DNA from: a virus
Taxonomy: Duplodnaviria > Caudoviricetes
Length of the DNA stretch: 38,699 nucleotides
IMG/VR virus record: IMGVR_UViG_3300030117_006473
Span: 1-38,699 of that record
Strand: one strand, 5' to 3'
The notes under the pieces are model-generated. The model had not been told where the DNA came from, ran no database searches, and saw nothing but the letters and a program-made list of their open reading frames with translations. A program made the position numbers and the translations under genes. Position 1 is the stretch's first letter, and every line of letters starts with the position of its first letter. This document shows, piece after piece, positions 31,801 to 38,699 of this stretch.

Positions 31801-34800
31801 AACAAGTACGAAGAGATTGGCTTGGGCAAGATCTCAGCGCAAGCTTTGGACTTCAAGGATCAGATTGAAGAAATCTATCCCGCCCTCAAAGGCACCGCCT
31901 CAGCACAAGTTGCGCGCCAACTTGACGAAGTCATGCGACAAATCGCCGACGACACCAACACAACTGTCGCCAACGTTTACAACACGCGCTTCAAAGGCCT
32001 CATTGCCCCCACTAAAAAACCTGCGGTTGCCACGGCTCCCCCTGCCACCAAACCTCAAATCTCAAAGCTCGCGTTCGACGAAGAACTGCTGACGACAAAA
32101 GAGGTTCGTGACTTTGCAGAAAATCTGGCAAGGCGTATTGAAGCTGAAGACATGTCAGACTTTACTGCTGATCTGGCGACAAAAACTGTAAAGGCCCTCA
32201 AGAGTATCGCCAAGCAGCGCGGAATCAAGCGTTACTCGAAGATGCGTAAGGCTGACTTGATTGAGGCTATTACAAAAAACGAAAAACAAAAGACGTTTTT
32301 GCCTGACGAATATCTGGCGCGGAATCCAGAAGCCGCTCAGGAGTACGAGACTCTGAAAGCTGGTGTGATTGAGTCTCAGCGTAGGTTTGATGATGCTCTT
32401 GATGAACTAAATCGAATCGAAGAAGCCGGTGGGTTGACTGTTCGTATTATCGATGATGCTGAAACTTTGAACAAACAGTCTGTAAAAGATCTAAAATCTT
32501 TGGCCGAAAGTCGTGGAGTACAGAACTACCTACGGTTGACTAAGGCTAAGCTTATTGACGCGATTATTGAGAATGAGAGGAGAAGGGCCTCTGAGCCGAG
32601 AGGCATCATAAACTCGATGATCGAAGCGTCTGATCAAACATCAATTTTAAACATTGGTAGTGTTCGTGCTCGGATATTCAATCGAGACTTGGCAGAAGCT
32701 CGACTGATTGAGGCCGAGTCGATTCGTGACTTACGAATAGCTCAACTTGAAAACTTTAGAAGAACCATTGAAGGTCGTGCGGCTGAAACGATTGAGCTTG
32801 CAGAAGAGTTGGATTTCATTCCGGGACTGGTATTTAAGGTCAGAAAAAGTCAAAAGGGTGAACCTTTATTCATTGAGATGAAATCAATCGAACTTCCCGA
32901 ACAGTTACGTGGTCAAGGTATAGCGACAGCGATGTACCTCGAAGCCGTAAAGGTCGCACGAAAGAGAGGTTTGGGATTTCGTAGTGGCATGAATCCTCAG
33001 CCAGATGCAGTTCGCGCGTATACTCGAATGATTGACAATGGGGTTCCATTTGAGCGTCAAACAGTGCTTGATGCTCAGGGCAACGAGGCAATTCAGTTTG
33101 TCCTTCCTGCGGATGTTGTGAAAGACTTGAGTGATGATGTCTTGGACGCACGGAAGTTTGCGGGCGCGGAAGAAGTTGTCGATGATGTTGTTCAGATTGA
33201 CCCGAACAACCCTCTTTTGGTGGAGTTTCTTCAAGACGGTCAAGCAGTGATTCGAGCCATGGGTGAGTCAGCTACCGTCGAAGACTTTATGTTGGCGGTC
33301 AATCGTATCGCAAGGCGAGAGTTGACGGACAAAAACATGGGTTCGTTGGTGTCGTGGTTGAAGACTCGTGGCATAAATGTGGGTCACAAGGGGGCTCGGT
33401 TTGTTGCAGACGATGCGATGGAAGTAGAGCGAGCAGAGCAAGAGTTTGCCAAGGCGTTCTCTGAGTACGCGAAGGGCAGGCCCCCTCCATCAGATGATCT
33501 CGATACGACTTTTGATAAGGTAAAGAGGTTTGTAACCGGCAACTATGCGGCAGCGAGAAACGCCAGCGTAGATACGGGTCAAGATCTGCAATTCAGTAAA
33601 GAGATTACCGAGGTGTTTGATTCCTTACTGAAGCAAGAGAATCCGCGTCAGTTTTCGGCTCGAAACTTGTCCAACATGGTCAAGCGAGCGTTGTTTAAAG
33701 ACATGGGGGCTGGGGGCAAATCCAGTGTTCTTGATCACATTGTTCGTGAATCTACGCGACTTGGGTACCCTATAGATCGTGAGACGCTCCTGAAAAAGTT
33801 CCAAGATGCCGTAGATGCAAATGCTCAAGGCAGACCGTCTGATGCGGTGGTTGAGTTGCCGGGTCCAGTAAACCTTGGTGGGTTTGGTGCAAGTGAGGCC
33901 AAGCAAACGTATACGTTGGAAGAACTTGCAGATGGTGCAGTCGCTCTTCGCATGCGAGAGCAATACGTAAAACAAGCTCCAAGCAGGCTTCCGCAGTTCG
34001 AAAACGATCGGGCCATCAAAGAGTTGACTCCATCGCAGCGAGTCGATCAACTGATCACAGGTGGGAAAGCTGTAGGTAAGATTGCGCGCAACATATACAT
34101 TGGCGGGGACTCGATTGAGGATCTTCGGAATCTGCCTCCTGCGATTCGAGAAGTTGTCTTAGACGGGACGAGAAAGGTGCAGCAAGTGATCGGTGATTCC
34201 GTCACGTTGTTGTCTGAGAATCAACAGGATGAGTTCCTTCGATTCATGATTGGCGAGCCTACAATCACATTCAAGAGTGGTCGAAATGCTTTGAGTGCCG
34301 GTCATGACAAAGCGTCATCTGCTATCTCCGCGATTCGTCGATCTTTGGAGGCTGCGACAAGTTCTGATCCAATAGGTGTGGAGAATTTGAAAGCTTTTCT
34401 GATGAGGCAGGACCCAAAAAGGTTCGACGCTTCGCCCTCTGCGTCCAAAGATGCAGGGTTTACTCCTGCGCAAGCAGACGAGTTTATGCAAAAATTCATC
34501 TTTGATCCGAAGAGTAGCAAGTTGGTCCAAGACATGTTTGCTTCTGCGGAACTCTTTAACCCCGACACTGACCTGACTCCGCAACATTCAGCTTTGATGG
34601 AAGCAATCTTTTACATGACGGGGGCCATCCAGCGTGGGGGGAAGAGCATTGACGATGTTGTGAAGGGCATGAGTGTCGCAGATGCTTCTCGAACAAAGCT
34701 TGAGACTTTCTTGAACGATGTCGATCAGATATTCCCCCTCAAGACGTTCAAGGACAAGCCTGTAAGAGGGCGTGTTTCTGTTTTGATGGCAGCGCACGGC

Positions 34801-37314
34801 CAAGCAGATGCGGCCCGAAAAGACTGGGGCAAGCTTGGCATTCTCAAGAGTGAAGAAGTCGCAACCAACTTCAAGAGATTGGTTGTGGGGGAGGCCGTAG
34901 ACACCATTGAGCATCGAGCCGAAGTACAAGAAATGCTTGAAATCTTTGGATTTAATCCACGGTTTGTTGAAGCTGCGAACCTTGACGGAACAACCTCTTA
35001 CGTCCCGAGGGCTGCCCGAGAAAAGTTGGGCTTGGCTTTGGAGCAAGCCCTTGATCCAGAAGTTCGTGATGCGATTGGCGCAAAAAACTTGATGGAGTCT
35101 TTATACAACTCATTCGAAGCGGATGGTGCTCTTACGGCGCGAACAACTCGTGAGTTCTTTGCTGCATGGACGTTTCGGTACATGAAGACTCGTATGGTTC
35201 GGGGTCACTTCTTGCTGAAGAGTCGATACTTTTGGATGAACACGTTTGACCACTTCAACCAAATGTCCATGGTTGCAGGGTTTGGTCCCGCGTTTGTATC
35301 CACAGTACGCTTGATGCCGCAAAATGTTCTGTCGAACCCGATTGCTCAACTGGCATTGTTTACCGCGCAGAAAACACCATTTGTCGGCGATGATGCGGCA
35401 GAACAGATTCGCCGAAACCTTCAGCGAGGCGGAGACAAAGCAGCAAAGTTTGCCTCTGGTTTCATGCGTCAGTCAAAGTGGAATCCTAACGTTAATGATA
35501 TTCTTGAGGGTCGAGAAGGGTTTGTGCTCGTGAACGGTGCTCCTGTGTCGTATCGACAGATTCGAGAGGATGCTCTGGCCTACGGAATCTTTGCGTCATT
35601 TGATACAAGTCAATTGGGTACGAAGATTCGACTGGCAGGAGAAGACTTTGCACGTCAAGCAAATGAATCTGGATTGCTTGGAAAGATTCCAGAACTGGGC
35701 AAGGTGATTTCGCCTGTGACAAATCAGTTCGGTGATCTTGCGAAGATCTCTGAAGACATCGCAGAAGCTTGGGGTGAGCGTGAGCGACTGGGTGCGATGG
35801 TCACCTTGATGAGCATGGGCTACGACTCTCGAACTGCTGCGCGAGTCACGATCGATGCGTTGTATGACTACGCTGGATCGATGTCGAAGATTGACCGTCA
35901 TTGGCTGGTCAACATTTTCTTCCCGTTCTGGGCATTCCAGAAAAACGCAAACCGTCAACTGCTGGACACCATCTTGAGTCCGAGAGGGGCGTATCGGCTT
36001 GGCGTTCTTCGTCGCTCGTACATGGGAGGTACCGAACTTATCAGTGAAATGTTGTACAACGACATGGTAGACCCCATGGGCGTTGACGTAAATCAACTCG
36101 ACAATGAACAGCGAGATGTCTACGAGTTGATCAAGGGAGATCTGGCCGAAGAGTTTGGTTCTTTAGGCAAGGTTCCAGAAGAGATTCGCTCTCAGGTCCA
36201 ACTGTTTATTCGTGGCGGTCAGGGCCGCTACCAGAACGGAACGTTTATTCGTGCTCGAACGGAAGCGTTGAAGAAGGCGTATCCAAACTTTGCTCCGGCC
36301 CCTACGGCTGTTCGCTTCCGATCTGACCGAACACTTGTTCCAGAATATGATCGTCGTCGAGCATCGATTCGTATTCCGGTGAGTATGACGGAGAACGTCG
36401 ACAAGTTTATCCGCGCTAAGCTTCGGTCGGGCGACGGAGACACACCGTTCACTTCACTCTTGCTTCCTGAGCAAGGATTCATGTCAGGCTTCAATCACGC
36501 CTATCTGACCAGTGCAACGTTTGTTGCCATGGGAGAAGAGCTTCGAAAGTTTGGCCCTGAATACTTTACGGATGAGGATGACGGACAAGATCTGTTTAGT
36601 GTTTTGCGTCCTGCGTTGGATTTGATTCAGCCCGACAGGGCTCTGTTGGCAAGCGACGCACTTGCAGCCTTGGGCCTGACTCAAGCGGGTGCCCCGGTTC
36701 GGATTCATCCTGTCATTGCAATGATGCTCGATGCTCAGAATCTTGATGTGCTTGAGTTGGACGCTAAAGAAAGCAAAGTTGCAGAAGACTTCAGGATAAT
36801 CGAAGAGGGTGAGTTCAAGGGAGAAGGCGTTTTGACGGCGAAGAAAAACTACTTTCTTCCTCCGGGAATCGCGAAACTGGTGATCAATAACTCACCTCTT
36901 GGAGAACTAAATTCAGCACTTTTAAAAATGCAGCCCACCGCAGCCGAGCAGTCCGAGGAAGGGCTGAAGCGTTATCTTGGACGGATACGTGCGGCGGTCG
37001 GTGTCGATGCCAGAGAAATAGACAGAGATGCGTTGGCCCGAAACTTGACGTATCGACAAAAAGAAGAAGTCTCAGCGAGCGGTCGCGGAGAGTTTTTGGA
37101 CGCCAAGAAGAAAGTGTCGTTGCCGGGACCCGGTTTGTTCGAGCGTACGGTGGATAAAATTACCGGCGACGATGAGGTTGATTCGGATGCTGTGGAGCGC
37201 GAGATCCGTCGGCGCGCTATGGAAGCTGAGAGGGAGCGGTTGGAGCAGCAACAGCCCGAAGAACAAAATGAGACGCTCCGTCAGTACGATGCTGGCGAGC
37301 CTGTTGATCTATAG
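28831..37314 (+). CDS. Giant polyvalent internal virion/ejection protein (2827 aa): phage tail lysozyme, two Rho-N (HEH) domains, GNAT, degenerate metallopeptidase-like region
   Basis: GLS..QARAVLAN..AES...YGVWQF...QLD...FERP; two L...TVK.LK..A..RG...Y....KA.LI.AI repeats; RGQGIAT; C-terminal LYDY...FFPFW motif. Confidence 0.85.
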   Translation: MSEQTEQTKDSPEVESTFNFEDEDLNFGSQDLQIDKLVGTIKLKREIALDPDADTDEDIVSLPSIISRHSKKLGLSDDQFVEVAAAQGLDLGELVDRVGRKGEDSDKVLASLEQGGMVARLGLDKRQAGVKLNAVKKRGVDIRKKAVNRLLKGEKRLDVSDEEAQQTDPLEGLVFSQIKDPTKRQTAVAAITYKKFLDAGLSEKQARAVLANGFAESKLDFNAQRVNDDEESYGVWQFNRKVGEGKGYSVEQLKDPKVQLDHIIKAIKERPELEGFRDKDADENKLVREFMVNFERPKDQSEEKIRERQKFLTAAKRVYDQSKTIYGEKNRVSAAERKKQLELARKLAFKESDVPKVVVDEDFETGNAMDAVLKEGSEGFDKALAMREQLTNPDAVTDPDQKDRARFIRKLIADIETKSSEIQHQMSESDGVKRLVDQGAQYDIERLAKRRGQTVSEFVEASKKEGSPESILKKEIFKRNLKHAALYVTTGKLGTGAFLDYSFIDPEGALGLERASKDDPFFTRFGDALLSQRVQLIGLGKDGSTPVYRAESGLDMTFNLMDSFLAIGAGVTERISKGPEDETLFEAVKEGTIEGLNDRRTFMKALLSTEGAKNSDLKAAAYGTFGLVIDILMPDPTLGLAKAVDTSRNLAKSMVAKRMLKGTLPTVLPKMEDAALQLTEAQTLMVRAEDSFRAGQDQEAMDLLTQAQESLAKADKSEADIRGLISQQMRNVDIVDGRIGERLSKDVKTMSPSGVSDEFDDALSFSEFGTRRDYLHPSYQRLEFRAGDEALSESQLASYDEILGTRNRVERLKQAINKFNTSTDQELLEAAKLRNPIKAQLKELREGISKAISKDLGATKNVDDVLGAQASLLTYLSKPATAKALLDAPQSVSDEIGKILARFELSDEALKRANNFVAKKVDKVAKDAQQAAPRLKVKLPPRAKIREALADSIRSISASLETRSAAHAIQRSDVAKLEKIEIEPIITSVANKYEEIGLGKISAQALDFKDQIEEIYPALKGTASAQVARQLDEVMRQIADDTNTTVANVYNTRFKGLIAPTKKPAVATAPPATKPQISKLAFDEELLTTKEVRDFAENLARRIEAEDMSDFTADLATKTVKALKSIAKQRGIKRYSKMRKADLIEAITKNEKQKTFLPDEYLARNPEAAQEYETLKAGVIESQRRFDDALDELNRIEEAGGLTVRIIDDAETLNKQSVKDLKSLAESRGVQNYLRLTKAKLIDAIIENERRRASEPRGIINSMIEASDQTSILNIGSVRARIFNRDLAEARLIEAESIRDLRIAQLENFRRTIEGRAAETIELAEELDFIPGLVFKVRKSQKGEPLFIEMKSIELPEQLRGQGIATAMYLEAVKVARKRGLGFRSGMNPQPDAVRAYTRMIDNGVPFERQTVLDAQGNEAIQFVLPADVVKDLSDDVLDARKFAGAEEVVDDVVQIDPNNPLLVEFLQDGQAVIRAMGESATVEDFMLAVNRIARRELTDKNMGSLVSWLKTRGINVGHKGARFVADDAMEVERAEQEFAKAFSEYAKGRPPPSDDLDTTFDKVKRFVTGNYAAARNASVDTGQDLQFSKEITEVFDSLLKQENPRQFSARNLSNMVKRALFKDMGAGGKSSVLDHIVRESTRLGYPIDRETLLKKFQDAVDANAQGRPSDAVVELPGPVNLGGFGASEAKQTYTLEELADGAVALRMREQYVKQAPSRLPQFENDRAIKELTPSQRVDQLITGGKAVGKIARNIYIGGDSIEDLRNLPPAIREVVLDGTRKVQQVIGDSVTLLSENQQDEFLRFMIGEPTITFKSGRNALSAGHDKASSAISAIRRSLEAATSSDPIGVENLKAFLMRQDPKRFDASPSASKDAGFTPAQADEFMQKFIFDPKSSKLVQDMFASAELFNPDTDLTPQHSALMEAIFYMTGAIQRGGKSIDDVVKGMSVADASRTKLETFLNDVDQIFPLKTFKDKPVRGRVSVLMAAHGQADAARKDWGKLGILKSEEVATNFKRLVVGEAVDTIEHRAEVQEMLEIFGFNPRFVEAANLDGTTSYVPRAAREKLGLALEQALDPEVRDAIGAKNLMESLYNSFEADGALTARTTREFFAAWTFRYMKTRMVRGHFLLKSRYFWMNTFDHFNQMSMVAGFGPAFVSTVRLMPQNVLSNPIAQLALFTAQKTPFVGDDAAEQIRRNLQRGGDKAAKFASGFMRQSKWNPNVNDILEGREGFVLVNGAPVSYRQIREDALAYGIFASFDTSQLGTKIRLAGEDFARQANESGLLGKIPELGKVISPVTNQFGDLAKISEDIAEAWGERERLGAMVTLMSMGYDSRTAARVTIDALYDYAGSMSKIDRHWLVNIFFPFWAFQKNANRQLLDTILSPRGAYRLGVLRRSYMGGTELISEMLYNDMVDPMGVDVNQLDNEQRDVYELIKGDLAEEFGSLGKVPEEIRSQVQLFIRGGQGRYQNGTFIRARTEALKKAYPNFAPAPTAVRFRSDRTLVPEYDRRRASIRIPVSMTENVDKFIRAKLRSGDGDTPFTSLLLPEQGFMSGFNHAYLTSATFVAMGEELRKFGPEYFTDEDDGQDLFSVLRPALDLIQPDRALLASDALAALGLTQAGAPVRIHPVIAMMLDAQNLDVLELDAKESKVAEDFRIIEEGEFKGEGVLTAKKNYFLPPGIAKLVINNSPLGELNSALLKMQPTAAEQSEEGLKRYLGRIRAAVGVDAREIDRDALARNLTYRQKEEVSASGRGEFLDAKKKVSLPGPGLFERTVDKITGDDEVDSDAVEREIRRRAMEAERERLEQQQPEEQNETLRQYDAGEPVDL

Positions 37315-37354
37315 AGATTAGTGTTACACTAAACGCACAATTTGAGGACCACCC

Positions 37355-37792
37355 ATGGCAATCACTCAGTTTACACGATTTGGATACGCTTACAAGAACG
37401 CGGCAAGCCTTACCAGTACGTTTACGGTTCATGCGGTCACGGTAGATTCAACAAATTCTCCGCAGTCTTCATCGCTTCCAAACGACATCTTTTTGGAGTC
37501 GGTTGAGTTGGAAATTAGCTCGATCGCAAGTTCTGCCGATGACATCACTCTCTATCTCGCGCGTGACAGCGCGGGTGATGTTCCAATCACAAGCTTCCAT
37601 CTTGCGGGCGCGACACAAAAAATTAGCACCGGATTGGCTACCGCAACTGATGGTGCGGTGGTGTTTACCGTCAACAAAGACTATCACTTTGATTCGGGTG
37701 TTTCAGCGACCACGAGTGGTACCTTGTTTGTCGTTGCAAAGACCGACACAGGAACTTGCACCGCCAACATTCGACTGAACTGGAGAGGCTAA
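37355..37792 (+). CDS. Beta-rich virion structural protein (145 aa)
   Basis: GAGGA SD; extended -10 TGTTACACT at 37322-37330; Ser/Thr-rich. Confidence 0.75.
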   Translation: MAITQFTRFGYAYKNAASLTSTFTVHAVTVDSTNSPQSSSLPNDIFLESVELEISSIASSADDITLYLARDSAGDVPITSFHLAGATQKISTGLATATDGAVVFTVNKDYHFDSGVSATTSGTLFVVAKTDTGTCTANIRLNWRG

Positions 37793-38699
37793 TGAGCACC
37801 AGCGGAAATCTTGTAGGTAGTTTGTTTGATTCGTCGCTTCAGGCTGATGCCGATGGCAATGTCAGCATTTCTGGGGATCTGGTCGTAAGCGGTTCGACCA
37901 CAACAGTATCGACATCTAATACTACATTAGCAGATCAACTGATTGAGTTGGGTTCTGGTCGAACTGGATCGGCCTCCGGCGACGCCGGAATTATCATTGA
38001 GCGCGGCAGCGACACCAACGTTTTTCTCGGATTCGACGAGAGTGAGGACAAGGTCACGTTTGCCACCACCTCCGCCACGGGCGCTTCTACTGGTGACCTC
38101 ACACTCACTGACGCTGCCCTCAAGACGGGCGCAATCACAGCGTCTGGCGACATCTCCACAACCGGAGAGGTAAAAACCGCCAAGGTTTCATTCACCGATG
38201 GCGACGACGCAATCACAATCGCTGATGGTGGCGGCATCACAGCCAACACCAGTCTGACGCTCGCGAGCGGTGCCACAGTCACTGCGATCAACGACGAAGA
38301 CAACATGACCAGCAACAGTGCGACGGCACTGGCAACCCAACAAAGCATCAAGGCATACGTTGACGCTCAAACTTCGGGCGGCGGTTCCATGGACAACTGG
38401 GTTCTGGAGGACGACGACGGAACGGAGGTCACCGTATCCAACGGTAAGGAAGTAAAGTTCATCGGATCTGGTCTGACAACCAACTTTACAGATACCGACA
38501 ACGGTACAGATGCAGACCCATTCGACCTCACGTTCACCGTGGATGCCGCACAAACTGGCATCACATCTGTAGTAAACGCAAGCCTTGAGATTGGTCGAGA
38601 CGCAGACAACCGGATCAAGTTCGGGACCGACAACCAGATTATCTTTGAGGTTGATGGTGGTGACAACGTCATCTTCAAGACTGGTGGAGAGATCGAGGC
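37792..38699 (+). CDS. Tail fibre protein, partial (runs off the window)
   Basis: TAATG coupling; hand translation gives GDLVVSGSTTTV...DQLIELG...DAGIIIERG and DEDNMTSNSATALATQQSIKAYVD fibre modules; absent from ORF track because there is no stop. Confidence 0.85.
   Translation, partial: MSTSGNLVGSLFDSSLQADADGNVSISGDLVVSGSTTTVSTSNTTLADQLIELGSGRTGSASGDAGIIIERGSDTNVFLGFDESEDKVTFATTSATGASTGDLTLTDAALKTGAITASGDISTTGEVKTAKVSFTDGDDAITIADGGGITANTSLTLASGATVTAINDEDNMTSNSATALATQQSIKAYVDAQTSGGGSMDNWVLEDDDGTEVTVSNGKEVKFIGSGLTTNFTDTDNGTDADPFDLTFTVDAAQTGITSVVNASLEIGRDADNRIKFGTDNQIIFEVDGGDNVIFKTGGEIE

Larger units (their letters stand above)
1..38699. mobile_element. Tailed dsDNA bacteriophage genome segment (Caudoviricetes, podovirus-like)
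   Basis: Large terminase, portal, major capsid, adaptor/nozzle, large ejection proteins and tail fibre; dense overlapping stop/start junctions; no host housekeeping genes; no tape-measure, sheath or tube gene recognised. Confidence 0.95.

Noticed and set aside
1-38699. tRNA genes, alternative genetic code, introns/inteins or diversity-generating retroelement
   Set aside because: No cloverleaf seen in the few intergenic gaps; genes are long and tile tightly under the standard code; terL, portal and MCP have ordinary lengths; no RT or TR/VR pair noticed.

Overview
The window is about 38.7 kb of a tailed dsDNA bacteriophage genome with podovirus-like (P22/T7-type short tail plus ejected core proteins) architecture. 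Its small conserved genes and tail-fibre motifs resemble those of uncultured aquatic phages; the host cannot be determined from the sequence. Layout: (1) 1-3728, a leftward array of about 15 small early-type genes with strong Shine-Dalgarno sites, repeated intergenic modules and a repeated covarying RNA hairpin. (2) 3753-4260, a non-coding divergence zone with a 207-nt rod-like inverted-repeat structure rich in GGA motifs, a G8/T7 tract and a palindromic operator-like site. (3) 4268-7744, a rightward operon: RHH-like regulator, FmdB zinc ribbon, EF-hand-like mini-protein and a 723-aa protein with a C-terminal ADP-ribosyltransferase-like domain behind an A9 slippery run. (4) 7790-14655, a leftward packaging operon: large terminase, portal, four very basic small proteins and a putative scaffold. 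(5) 14838-38699, a rightward structural operon: major capsid, decoration protein, adaptor, nozzle, tail proteins, ejection proteins including a 2827-aa polyvalent protein, and a partial tail fibre. No tRNA, rRNA, CRISPR array, integrase or replication gene was seen. The best candidates for undescribed biology are the GGA-displaying structured RNA (CsrA-sponge-like or 6S-like decoy), the associated family of covarying intergenic hairpins, and the slippage-controlled ART effector. All protein calls come from motif recognition by eye, not database searches.
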